This document shows positions 41,575 through 54,582 of a DNA stretch of 64,000 bases, one piece after another. The translations under genes and the position numbers were made by a program. The DNA comes from Dicyema japonicum. Lineage: Eukaryota > Animalia > Dicyemida. Within the stretch, counting starts at the first letter, position 1; the number at the start of each line of letters is the position of its first letter. The stretch covers positions 304,514-368,513 of the forward strand of contig RDEW01000020.1 of assembly GCA_011109175.1 (NCBI GenBank), written 5' to 3'. The notes beneath the pieces were generated by a model, which saw nothing but the letters and a program-made list of their open reading frames with translations, searched no databases and was not told the origin of the DNA.

Positions 41575-41620
41575 CCGCTTATAAATTGACTAAAATCCCA
41601 TAATGTAGTGATTGGCTACT
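41575..41620 (-). promoter_or_regulatory. Putative CCAAT and TATA boxes of the secreted gene
   Basis: Minus-strand AGCCAATCA and TTTATAAG just upstream of the ATG; conserved in the duplicate near 27280-27320. Confidence 0.4.
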
Positions 41621-43915
41621 TCATAATTTGGCAAATTCTTTGATCTTTTCTTAAATTTGTTGTTGTTGTTAAATTCAAAAACAAGTATTAGTATAAGTAT
41701 ATACCAGATGTTCTCACAAGGGCTACTTTACTCTGTTGTCTGATGGCCACGTGTATCAGAGACCATGGGAATATTCTTATTTACAAGGAAACCTCTTTGT
41801 CACATGTAGTCTCACTGTCACGTGTTAATGAAATCTTTTTTCGTTAAGGCATATTAGCCGTTCTTATCAGAAAATTGAAGGTGGCCAAAATCCTGATTTA
41901 TTTAATAACCGCCGGATAGATAAAAGTTAATTAACGTCCAATAAAGGTACATCCCGTTCAATTTTCGAATGGAATAAAGAAGAGAGATTCTTTTTGGACG
42001 TCGGCCATATATTGGGCGTCACCTGAGACTAATGGTTCAACCAACTCCTCTTAGGATTTGATAGAATAACAGAACAGTTTTTCGTAACTCTGTATGCTTT
42101 TTTCTTGATGGTCGGGATCTTAACAGAATTGATCCATGACATGAGGTGCTCCACGAAGCATAGGAGATTCATTTCTCGTTGTAATGTTTATTAAAATTTA
42201 AAAAAATATGATTTATGATTGTTTGACTGCAATTAATAAAAACATTTATAAGTCTTGACCATTAAACCCCACCATCATAATTGAAACCGGCGCTTACAGG
42301 AAAGTAACTAAAAAGCGAACGTTCCCTGAGATCCTCAAGTATATCGAGTTAAGAACTCTTCAATGAATTGTTTGTAAGTATAAAGAGCGAATCTGTAAGA
42401 GGATTTAGTTCTTTTCCGAGAGTAGCTTCTGACAGAAAAACAGACAAATACAGAATTATGATCACTAAACGAATCGTCCATGTGGAGATGTGATAGTAAA
42501 TTGCTTTTTATCTTTTGAACTAGGGATATGTGATAGGAATCTGAAGTTGCAGATGGAGTAATGATATCTTCTTCGATTAGTGAATTGGTCGTAATGTGGC
42601 AAGAATGGGTGAAAAAATTAAACAAGGAGACATCGTATCGGAAGATGATTAGTATGACACCAATATTTGGTCAATTGGAATGATCGCAACCAGTAATGGT
42701 CCTTGGAGTTTGTTAACATTAGAAAGGGAAAGTGATAAAGAGGATAGTTGAGCTTTGTCTGGTATACTGTTTGTGAACAACAGTAATTGCCCCTTTGGGT
42801 TAGTGGAGAGAATTCAGTTTGTGTCTGGTTTTAGCAAAAATGTAATTTACATGGCTTGAGAAGGAATGGCAGTGATCAAAACAACTGTCCGAAGTTACAA
42901 CTGTTGACTTTGACGGTTATAATTCGGCACAAAACACGTGATTCTTGAATTTCATACAGAATTTCGTTATAAAAAACATTCTAGAATGTTTGAAGAAGAT
43001 AGGAAATTGGAATGACAGCTGCTATTTTATATGGATAACCCCAGTATTAAAAATATATTTAAAATACTAGCGAGTACCTATTCTACAAAAGCGGTAGTTT
43101 GGTGTTGTGCTTTTAATGAGGTGTGGAGTATCGATGCCTGTTAATGAGGGAAATGTCATTGAATGCCAACCTAGGATAGTATCTGAATGTGGGGTATGCA
43201 GCGACGTGAACATGCATTTACAGGCAATAGGGGTTGACCACAATAGAAGGTTGATTTAGACGGGAGTTATAAAAGAATTACATTTACATATTGTTTGCCT
43301 CAGGCATTTAATTTATTTTAAAATTTTTTATATCAGCAAAAAAACAAGTCACTTGCTTAATGTCCAAACGTTCCTTTTATGTCAGCAAAAGTATGTACCA
43401 CAGCTTCTTTCACCTCGTCTGTCAGAAATTTCTTTCAATACTGATCAAAGATAAACTTGTCAGGAGCTTATTTGACATCGAATACCACAAATGTGTTTTT
43501 TATCTGTTTTAACTTTAAAAAAGAACGTCATAACTCCAATAGAGTAGTCAACTGTAAGTAATAAACGATAGCCTTCAGTGCTCTCAATAGAACATAATGA
43601 TTGCTAACATTCGATTTAGTCTTTTCTTGGTGAAGGTTTTGCTGGAACGCGTCAAGATTAAGAAGGAACGAAGGTTTATTTTGCGGTGATGGAACAAGTT
43701 ATCAAAATAGTGGTTTATTATGCGGTAATGGAACAAGTTATCAAAAACTCTTTATCCCCTTTTCAAAACCTCGAATATCTGGGAGAAATGAAATCTCATT
43801 CATTATAAGGGGAATTAGAAAAGTGCCATAGATATCCACCACCTAAATCAGTAACTGATTAAAAAATCAACGCCAAACAAATAACCCAAAATTGAAAATC
43901 ATCGATATTACCAAA

Positions 43916-44895
43916 TTATTCCTCTTCACGAAAGAACCCAACCTCACTCGAGCGTCTAATCCTTTTATTAAAAAGGTTATTATATTTTTCCACCTTCAAC
44001 CTTTCCCTTGAACTCCCGCAGGCCACTCCAGACTTATCGTCATCTAAAATCGGTTCACTGATAGTGTTTTCCTCTCCATCTACCCCTAACGTGGCATCCT
44101 TCTGCTTTCTGAAAAGTGTCTGATATTGGAGAGTAACCCGGATGTTTGAAAAATTTTTGAATAAAGTGCCAACGTAAATGTACATCATTGTGAAAGCTGA
44201 CCATTCGAAAAAAGCAGTGATGCTGAGGAGAATCTAAACTAAGACAAAACTGTACATTTGTCGTCTCTGTGCAATATATAAATAACCGTAGACAAACAAC
44301 TAATTTAAACAACGAAAATACACAAAATGATGGCCAAAACAAAGTATGACGTCAATATGATCTGCAGTCTGCAATGGAACTCTGAAAAATGATATGGATG
44401 TAGTTTGTAGATAATAACAGTCATTAACGACATAGAAACTGCAAGAAACCCAAATCCTATCAATCCGCCAATCTGATGGACTGATACGATAGATTTCTAA
44501 GAAATAAACTTTAGGTACTTCAAAATTGACTATAACAAGTAGTCCCACCACGCAGATCAGAAAAGAGAGACGAGGCTAAATAAATTAAGGGTGTTATTCT
44601 GTCCTTTTTTCTGGAGAGAAATCTTTATAAGATCATATTGGATGTAGAAAATCAGAATATCTACAAGTAATAAAAAAGGTGACTCATTGATATCGATATA
44701 TTCATGAAAAGTGAGAAAAACGAACTTTCAGGAGGATTTATGTAAAAATCACTAGAATTTGAAAGTTTAGTATTACCTAATGTATGGAATCAGTGGTAAA
44801 TTGTCTGCAGAGTCAAGTTCCTTCCAAAATACAGTGCCGAAAATTCCTATGAAACCACTTAAAATTGATGTGATAATTAAATAATTAGGATTCAT
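43916..44895 (-). CDS. DRAM/TMEM150 family protein, second copy (one frameshift in a T run)
   Basis: Same exon structure as 28447-29448 with many substitutions. Confidence 0.8.
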
Positions 44896-46999
44896 TCTTT
44901 TTGGGTCAATGTTTATTATTACGATATTTAATTTTCGATTTAAATAATTAATTGTGGTTTTAGAAAATATAATTTTTTAAACGATATATCTTCGACCGAG
45001 ACAAGGAAACTCTCAGTAAAATCTACAAACAACATATCAGGACCTTCTTGGAAGTCAAGGAAGATGAGGACATCCGTGGCTTTTTAGCCCCTCCAATCGA
45101 GCCTTAATCAGTCCAGCCCTTTTTGGAAGACGAACAAGCTTCACACGTCTTTCGAAGGTTTTATTAATGTAAATATCCAATGAAAGACTAGTATCTCGCC
45201 CGGCACTCGTTACACTGTGCAACAATCTTGATACAAAAAAAGATTTTGAAGACTCAATTATTCATCCATCTTGTATTTCAGAAATTTGACTTTCTTGTGC
45301 CTCAGAAAACCGGGGAATGCGTGAATTGGCGTACCTAGGGGCCCATAGGCAGCAGATCCGGGCAGCACGATGTAGGTCGCAGCAGATCCAAGTCATAGAG
45401 TTCACATTCTAAAGTTATACTCACTTTTTCTCGATTTTTTTCATCATAGACAAAATCGACTGCTAGTGGATCACCTTGTTCTATTGAAAACTTATAAAGC
45501 ACTGTTTTCAATCGATGGCAGATGCGTGTTCGATGTGAATTCCCTTATCCTCTTCGTGATGAAGTACAGTCGGTTCCCTTCTTGTTATGACGACGATGTC
45601 ACGCTTGCACAGCATAGGATGCAAGGTGACGGTTTTTTTTCCTTGGTACAGTCTTTTGATTTGATTTCTTGTGTGTATTCATGAACATGAAGAAGTACTG
45701 ATCTCAAAAATGCAATGCGTGAAAATTTGGATTTTGTGCAAGACTCAAAAATCTTGCTCGATTGATTACAAACTCCTATTTCGAGTGAGAAAAAGAAATG
45801 GAGACTTATTGTTGAACGGATTGTAGATGTTGCTTTCCTCCTGCAAGACAACAACCTACATTTGTTTCTCTTAAATTTTGGTGCCCCATTCTGTCATTAG
45901 TACAGAGTGACAAACGTCTACAAGATCAAAGATTGGTTTAATTTAGACAAGCGATGACCTTGATGAGCTCAATAGAATTATTGACCTTCAATCTGATACA
46001 TCATTAAGAATGCATACTTCAGAAATGGAATGTACCCCTGGGAAGAGTCAGGCGAAAGAAAATGATGACTGGAGAGAGTCGAGAGACGAAGACCTATCAG
46101 AAGTTGATGAAATAAAAAAAATAATGAATGAATTCATAAACAGACTGAAGGCCGAACATTCAGAACGCTCATGCGCCATTCGTAGGCCATTGATGTTGAA
46201 AACAAGATTTGAAAACCTTGAAACGAGACTGTCATAATTTTCCTAACCATTTTACGTCTGGCGTGAACTCAAGATACAAACATATTTGTGGTCTTCAATG
46301 ACAAATCAGCATTGAAAAGAAATTCCTGACAAGCGAGATGAAAGAGCCGCGATACAGACTTTTTCTGACAGCAAAAAAGTGATTAGACGTGGAAGTAAGT
46401 GACTTTTTGTTATTGTTTAATAAATTAATGATACTTACTTGATCATTATATTCTAATGTTTTATCACGATTTTTAAGTTAGTTAGCATACACTCGTCCCA
46501 GGGAGCAAAAAGCTTTGACTCGAATGTTAGAAATGGCCAATGCGACGACCAAATACTAAGTGGTTTTTTATTTAATCAGTTTCTCACGTTTGACATTTAT
46601 TTTTTTTCATCGTTTTTACTATTTATTATTATTTTGTTCCGTTAATTTTGATGTTCATGCATAGATACTTTGTGTACCCTACTCATTCTCGCCCAAATGA
46701 AATACGTCACTATAATAAAAAAACTCTTCATTGACTATCCTATCGACCTTACGTCATTGTGCTTTTTTATAATATCCTCCAGGAAGGTAATGCCACAGCC
46801 ATCGTCAAACAAAGGGACGTCACCACAATGAAAACCTTCAGTGGCCTTTTGTGGTCGACGTACGGAAATGTTGTGTGCTAACCTATGACATCCCCTGTGT
46901 CACACTTATCATCCCAAGCATTAAGACACATGCAAAAACATATCTTGTAATCAAACGTGATCCTGTAAGAAAATCAAAAAGGAAACGAAGCAGTAAATA

Positions 47000-47880
47000 T
47001 TATGTTTTACATAAATATATAGTTAGAAGTGCAGTTCTCGCGGCCCGATTCCTCCCATCATTGATATTCTCACCCTCCTCACTGAACACGAGCATCCTGG
47101 AGGTCTTCACGACCAACACAGCCACAAGCCGACCTACAATCAACAAACTACCCAACCATTAAAGTGGCGGTAGTAACTGTAATATTCCACCCCAAACTTT
47201 CGTTCCCTAGCCACAACATCCAGTCTTTGTATGAACGAATCCAAGCACGTGAGACCCGGGAGAGACTCAATCTCTATCAGTCCATTCGAGATTATATTGT
47301 CCACAATCCTCTCAAAACTATTGGCATCCGAGATGAGCTTCACAGCATTATTACGGTTACTCAGCTTCCCAGCAAAGTCGGGGTAATTCATTCTATCAAG
47401 GATGGAAATTGAGGCTGACTCCTTGGCTTGGTTCCTCCTTGACCCCCTCCCCAAAGCCACAACCCTTCAACTGATATGCGACAGTTGTAATAATGTCTCC
47501 CATTCTCATTTATAACCTTAACTCAATTTTATGTGATAATGAAAGAATATTAATGACTCGAATGAGCTTGGAATCGCAATATGATGATGTACAGAGACTC
47601 TTGTTAGTATCCCAACTAAGGTAAGTTATGAACGAACCTTGACGAGGCACCAATCTTACTGCAGAGTTTCCACGAGGCGTCCTTCTTGGCTTCCTTCTTA
47701 GTTTTCCCTGCTTTATGACAGGATAATACTAGAACCACATGTTTCAAACTCACCCACATTCACTTTGACGAAGAAGGTGGCATTTTGTTTCAGAAGTTCA
47801 GTATAAACGGGTTGAGACAACTTGTTCTTAGCACAGAATATGTACAGCCAGGAAACAGGATCTTCTATCCGAGCCTCCAT
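47000..47880 (-). CDS. Three-dsRBD protein, TRBP/PACT/Loquacious-like
   Basis: dsRBD1 DPVSWLYIFCAKNKLSQPVY...FFVKVNVG...KTKKEAKKDASWKL; dsRBD2 ...ALGRGSRRNQAKESAS; type-B-like C-terminal FIQRLDVVARERKFGVEY...RAARTALL. Introns 47708-47729, 47616-47637, 47134-47156; two 1-nt homopolymer frameshifts. Confidence 0.8.
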
Positions 47881-48029
47881 ACACCACTAGAATGCACTAT
47901 ATTTTAGATAGTATATCCTATTTTGAATTTTAATTAAAATTCAAGAATTATTAAGATAAAAGTGAAAATGATTTTATTCCCATTTGGATGCCAAAAAAGG
48001 CCTTATAAGATAAAAATATGATTTTGTAA

Positions 48030-48780
48030 AACATGTGCTCAATTGAATTAGAAGGAAGATTCTGGAACTTAAGCTCTCCTCAACGAGAATCGAGCTGACT
48101 TGCGCTCATCCAGGAATCAAGCTCTCATCTTCCACGCATACCTTCCTTCCCCGGATACCCGTAAGGATTGTCAGAGAAGACCAGGTGGAGGGCTAGTCAC
48201 AATTGTAAAGAACGGGACGAATTGAAGTAAGTCCTTCTTATGTTAAAAGGATTTCGAAGACATCGAACACAGCAGACTGAAGCGAAAAGATTCCAAAACT
48301 ATAGGTTGGTTGATTTGTCTGCTTCAGTAACTTCGTTGAAAGAATTGACCAAAGGACTCTCATCACAAATTCATTCGATAGATGAAATCGTGAAATCATC
48401 AATGTGGCCATTCTTAAAGCAGACAATATATTTATTCCTCCCTCATCAATTTCATACCCTCAATTCCCTGACAATTACACTCATAAAACGAAAAAACCAA
48501 AAAACGTATGCAATCCGATGGATGACTTGAAATTTTTGAAATCCATCGGACAACTAAACAAAAGTATAAACCAGAGCATAAAAGACCATCAGGCTCAGAG
48601 ATGGCGTCACCTGGTCAACCGCCTTAACGGGAAAATTTATCCTATCAATTCTGGACAAGCAGGTCTCAGAGGTTATCGCCGGATTATAGAACTCATTTGC
48701 CTGCGGCATGACAAAGTATCTTCGATTCACCTAAAACATTTACTACCTCACGCAAATATTCAACCTGTCTATTAGATTTA
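48030..48780 (+). mobile_element. Degenerate Ingi-like LINE fragment
   Basis: RRKILELK and RRPGGGLVTIVKNG APE remnants. Confidence 0.5.
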
Positions 48781-49291
48781 GAGAACTCTGTTATCAAACC
48801 AGTTTTTGGTTATACACCCATGCCTGTGGGGCTCTGGAGGGGAGAGTGAGGTCTCTGATGGAGTTTGAGTAGTTAAGTTTGTGTCACCGTGGTCTTTGGT
48901 ACTCCAAATTAGTGAACCAGACTATAATCGTTGATTCCATGATAGGTGAGGTGGTGACATACTTTTATTTCACGAAACGTCATCTCAAAATGGATCGACT
49001 TTTTTACGAAATGAGGTCTCAGGAGCAACTAGATGCAAGAAGTTCAGGAATGAGGTTCAGATTCATTACAGTTCGGGTTCAAGTCAGAAATTTAGGGGAA
49101 CATGGGGGAGTCTACTTGTCAGACTATCAATCCCCAATGCACGTGTTAATAACTTCCATCAAAAGAAGCAAATGTCACTTATTATCCTAGTAATACCACA
49201 ATCGTGCAAATGTGACGTAAAATAAAGCATTATACTTTAAAAATACAGTTTAAGTTTATGACGAGTAAGAAATTTTAAATACATCCTCTTT

Positions 49292-51520
49292 TCAACTTTC
49301 CAAAAGGTCAAACAGAAGTTTTAAATTTTTGGGGGAGATATTAATATTCATCTTTGCTGCAGCGATCAGAGAAGATCCCATGTGGTTTTGAAGAGCTATT
49401 GCTAGTTTTGATGTGGCCTCTCTCAGAGATACAACTCCTCCTAACGTCAGTCCAGTAGTAGAGCAAGCTTCTAGAAGTTTCCAAAACAGCGGAAGCACAT
49501 TGTTTGAGACGTCTTTTGACTTTTTTGTCCATCATTAAAATGCAATCTACGTTATGACATTACCCCAACCTGCAAGTCTCAGAACGATCAGTGGCTTGCT
49601 CAGTGAGGTCCCGTTAACAAAGTTAGACACTAGAGAGTTTATCATAATGGACGAATCTACGTAAAAATGACGATTACCAATTTTTTGCTGCAAAATGTCA
49701 AGCACGTTGTTAGCTTTAGTAAGAATATCCTTGTTTTTTGACATAAATTAGCGGACGATGGCAGAAATTAAGAATTTAATAAGAGAGTCAGACATGTTAG
49801 TGCAGATCGGTGGCAGAAGGTGGTCTGAGGAAGTCAGGGCCAGCAAATTAGATCGAGTGCTGGCCTCATTGAGTTTGGCTACAAACAAGAGTTATTTCTC
49901 GTGATCTTTCCAGTATTTTAACAACTCCCATCATCTCAACCAAACGAAGCACAAAACTGGAGGCCACTTTTCTAGTTTGTGCATTTTATGTCTTCGATTT
50001 CATAAGTAATAGGGACCTTGCTCCACAGTCAATAATGGCACTGATTGCCCGCGTTTGACTCACATTTTCGATCATGGCTGTCAGAGTTCCGTAGACCTCT
50101 TGTTAGAGGGAATGTCCACTCTCACTGGACTTGTTCATCAGGGCAGTGGTAATTCATAGAGCTCCTGTACCGTTAACATTATCATTACGGAATTTAAATC
50201 AGTTTTTACATATGTGAACAATGTGGAAATGCGGTTTATGGCTGTTTTCGACACTTAGGACCTTAGGTTTTTGATCTAAGGGCTTCAATGTCCACCAAAC
50301 TTCGGGAATGACGGAAAGGAGGACGCTATGCTGAGTTTGAGCATCCATCACCAATTTGCCTGATTGCAAAGACGATGATACTAAATTGAGTCCTTCACAC
50401 TTTTTCTCCCTAAAATATTCCACTATAGCATACCAGTCGGACTCCTGGAGCAATTCGATGATTTTACTGTACAGTTTCGGCCCTGTTGAATGACTAGACT
50501 TGTTTTCTCATCTGAGTCTCCTCCTTTGCCTTTCAGTCTTTGAATCCCAATCTTTTCAATTTTTCTGTAATTATTACCCAGATTGCACTTTAAAGTGTTT
50601 TCAGTTAGGTTGGGTTTGACTGATTTGGTCAAATTTGACGACTTTTTCTTGACCTTCTTGTCTTCGATTTCAGTCGTCTCCTACGACACGGTGGCAATAA
50701 TGAAACCTCCGAAACGTTAAAAATATCCTTATTGCTAGGAATTGAATACCACGTAGACAGAGAATCTCTATGATCAGTGATCTCCTCCATGTTTATTGAA
50801 TGGACCTTCTTTACAAGATCTTGTGGTTCTTTGCGTTCACCTAAAATGTATTTGTAGTGGCAACCTATTTCTTCTGAAAATAGGTTTTTAGCATCTTGTT
50901 CCGTCTTGATTGACTTTCTAGGGGTTATAGCCATTTCACTACCTCGGCTTTACTTTAATGAACTCTGCTGCTTCATGGAGGACTTCGTTTGTGCTACATC
51001 TAACGTAACGGACAGAAGAATTGTTATCAAAAACGGAGACCACTATGATCTTGTACAAGAAGTCTGTATTAAGTGACTCTGCTTTCTCGTTTAGCAAAAT
51101 TATGTAGGTTATGAGGTCTATGCCTTCCTTCTATACGTAGGCCTTGCAATTCCGAATCAACATATTGACAATTTCAAGTATTCTGTTGTTGGATGACACT
51201 CGAGAGTTGAGCACTCTGACGATTCCTAATCGTCCCTTTTTCAAAGATTCCGTTTTGTTGAAAGTATCAATGAGAATTAGTTCAAGAAGTGACTCAATCA
51301 TCGTTTTGTCGATTGAGGACAAACGACTGCACATAATGTTTATGATTTGAAGCAACATTTCCAGAATTCGACTAGTCTTTTCTTTGAAAATGACAAAGAG
51401 ATGCTTTGAAATCATCTTGAATGCCGATTCATGAGAGATCTATGGTTTTATACCCTTCAAAGTTTGCTCTCCATTCTGCTAGCGACTCAAGTTGAATATG
51501 AAAACTGCTGTCATAGCAAT
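49292..51520 (-). CDS. TOGARAM1: TOG-array regulator of axonemal microtubules (crescerin/CHE-12); 5' end unresolved, several frameshifts or stops
   Basis: DW|EKKCEGLN, KNLRS.VSKTA, LTAMIENVSQTRAISAII, RKVASSF and C-terminal VLPLFWKLL...LREATSKLAIALQNHMGSSL match recalled TOGARAM1 TOG3/TOG4; tiny introns at the junctions. Confidence 0.72.
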
Positions 51521-51562
51521 TACGTATTATTCGTCTTAGAAGTATTTGGATAAAAAGAAGCA

Positions 51563-51700
51563 AGGACACATACAAAAAAAATGAAGATCATTCCTTGGTT
51601 CTATTAGTTAAAATTAACAGTTATTTACTTAAATAAAGTGTGTGTCCTGCCTTTGCGGAGCTATGGCTCTCGTGAAAAGGCTTTATTACTATTATCATTT
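51563..51700 (+). mobile_element. 3' part of the tRNA-SINE family
   Basis: Reverse complement of 8310-8460. Confidence 0.8.
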
Positions 51701-51720
51701 TATTAGGGAAGAAGCAAATT

Positions 51721-51842
51721 CCTTGCCGCGGGCGTCATATGATCTACCTGTCCAGGTGGCGCTTCTGTAAAAGTGGAAACTGGATACACTTAATTAGTTG
51801 TTTACTTTAACTTCTTTCTCGGTGTATCCGATGTTAATAAAT
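51721..51842 (+). mobile_element. Short LINE-tailed element
   Basis: TSD AAGCAAATT (51712-51720, 51843-51851); shares its hairpin motif and 3' tail with 61505-61833. Confidence 0.75.
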
Positions 51843-52329
51843 AAGCAAATTACTAAAAACGTCTCATTTATACAGGATTTGGACCGATGGTGGAGCAGTC
51901 GAGGAGAAATCGAGAGATGCTAGAGGACTAATTAGCGAGTTAATACTTTCTTTCTTGTTGTTCTTGGGGTTTTAAAAGTAAAATAAATTCATATAGGTAA
52001 TGTGTCGGCTCTCGTAAGTAACACCGAGAAAGGTTAGGACGGCTGCTTAAGGAGACTGGGATCACCTGCCGGCCACCCATTCGCTTTTATTTTGTCTGTG
52101 ATTCTTGGTTTTAAATAAATAAAATCCTAAAAGCCCTCTGTAGTTAATTTGTCTAACTTCTTCCTGAACGATATGCCCACCCATACCATCGACGATACAA
52201 TGTTTCTCAATATACTGGGGTATAATCTTCGCATTAAGAGACCAGTGTGTTCACACTGTGGCTGCCTACTTGGAGATATATTTATTCCACCTGAGCAGTT
52301 GGCTTATGAGAAACCTATTCACCAACTGA

Positions 52330-53030
52330 GGAACTGGACCAACATTTTGTACAAAAATACTCATTCGACTTTTAATGGACCGCAGGGCTTTCATTCTGGC
52401 AGCCTCGTCCCCTCACAATGGTGCTTGGCTGAACGCGTTCCCATCATCGACAACTGATTCCCTTCTGGAACAGGACGTTCTCTCATCCATGACGTTAGGA
52501 TCTGTTGTGGACTGCAAAGGACTTCATCCACTCTCTTGCCGTGTCAGTAGAGATCGGTTCCTGAAATATGCAATCATCAACGGGTTGTGAAGCGCTCTCT
52601 TGAGGCAGCTAGATTCCCGTCGTCTTGGAACCGGTGGCCTGGATCGTGCAGATGGAAAGCGCCCAGTAACTGTCTTCCCTTCTCTAAGGGGAAATGCTTT
52701 ATTTTGATGAGGCTTTTACCGACTCCTTTTTCCAGTCAAGATTTCCTTGTTACACGTTGTAGGGGGGGGGGATTCTAGGACTTTAGATAATTTCAAGATA
52801 AAAAATGTGACAGCATCTCCACAAGATTCCATGTACAGCTCGTTGTTTTCGAGACGAGTGGAGTCTTCGGGCCCAAGATCGCGTGGGTTAATGATTTTGA
52901 AAGTTAGTAATGAGCGTCGGGGAACCGAATGTTAGTTTTAAAACATTTCTCTGGCAGTTGTTAGGGGAAACAGCCATTCCATCCTATCAGCTGATTATTT
53001 TGATTGTCTTGTTACGTAATCAATTGTTTA
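52330..53030 (+). mobile_element. CRE-like LINE 3' fragment
   Basis: GAWLNAFPSS, GLHPLSC, KRSLEAA. Confidence 0.7.
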
Positions 53031-54582
53031 GAAAAAAACTAACTAACTTTTCACCACTTTTAGCTCTTAAGGATTCTCCACTTTCCAATTGAGACAACTC
53101 CTTTCGAGAAACTTGTGAAGAGAACGGGAACCTTACAATTTCCAAGTAACATGAATTCCAGAACGAACATCAAACAAATGAGAGATGGTTGGGATCACCT
53201 AAAATCCGTTTAATCTCTCTTAATTTGTCTGTGATTCTCGTTTAAGTAAAAAAACCGTAAATCAAATTACTAAAAATAGAATCCTTTTTGGATGCCGGTC
53301 CAGGCATTGGTGGTCTTCTAAGTTAGGTTGGTCTAATAACGCTTCTATGAATTGAATAAGGCTAAGAGCAGAAAAGAAATCGTCGACCAACTAGATGGCG
53401 AAATCGAATCAACAGCTAATACGACGCAAACGACACTAACCTCTACGCTAATTTGTTAATAGTGTCAAAGATCTCTTCATCTGTTGGGATCATTATATTT
53501 ATTGGTAATGAATATTTGATTCACTAGCAATCCCACCATTTTTGAATTGTCTTCGTGAATTCCAGAAAAAATATTCTATCGGTTTCCCTCTTTATGGGAT
53601 AATATTTATAATCCTATAAACGACTCGAGAGATAACTCTACCCATTTCCAGTTACAGATTCTTCAAGATCTACACTACTTCGTTTCCTATTTACATATAC
53701 GTTTCCCTCATCTCACTAAGTATTTTCCTTCCTCAACAGTTGGTGGCATACTCGTTCGATTCTAAGAATTGTCTGCCACCTCGAGACACTTTGGTTTTGT
53801 TGACTATTCTAGAGTTTTATTTTTGACCAAGAAAATCCTCAAGTTCCTGAGTTATATAGTAGGAAACGTTTAACAAAACATAAATTAAGATTATGTGAAG
53901 GAAAAAGATACAACCTTCTTCGTTATCAGCAAGAGTGGTCTCAGCTTTCTTCCATGCCTCTTCTGAACCAGAATCCATATGTCTATATTTGACTTGGGTT
54001 CACATATCGAAAACCATTAACTCAGTTCGTTAACTGAGACCTCGACCAGTCCTCGAATTGCTTCTTTGTCACTTAAGACATAGGCGATTTAAGTTTCACT
54101 TGAGTCCTCGATTTCTAGTAACAATTTATGGGAAAGGCTGATACAGAAATCGACTCCCTTTTACTGCAAATTTGAATGGAGATAATTACCATATTGAAGG
54201 GGGAAATCAATAATATATATTTTGATGGAAATAATAAATTAGAGATTATTTACATCGAGCAATTGTCCCTTAGATATGGCATTCTCTAGGGGAGACATTT
54301 AATGAATACATATATAATCAATTGGCTTAGACACACAATACTTAAGCACAAAGTCAATATATTGAATTATTACTCAATAACTATGACATAACTTGGTCTC
54401 ATGGTTTGTACATTAGTATAATTGGGTATGGTCTGGGTGGAATCATGACTTACAGGAATAGCATATTTTTCAATTCCCAGTCGATAATGTGGGTACTGCT
54501 ACCCGTAAAATTGGGGATTTAAATTAATTTTCCGTCGTCAACTAGTATCTTCCACTGTTGTTATACATTCGCTGTGCTATAT

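Noticed and set aside
46431-46445. U1 snRNA-like 5' end ATACTTACTTG
   Set aside because: No downstream U1 stem-loops or Sm site.
45400-46960. Possible additional plus-strand genes with tiny introns
   Set aside because: No consistent frame or recognisable domain could be built.
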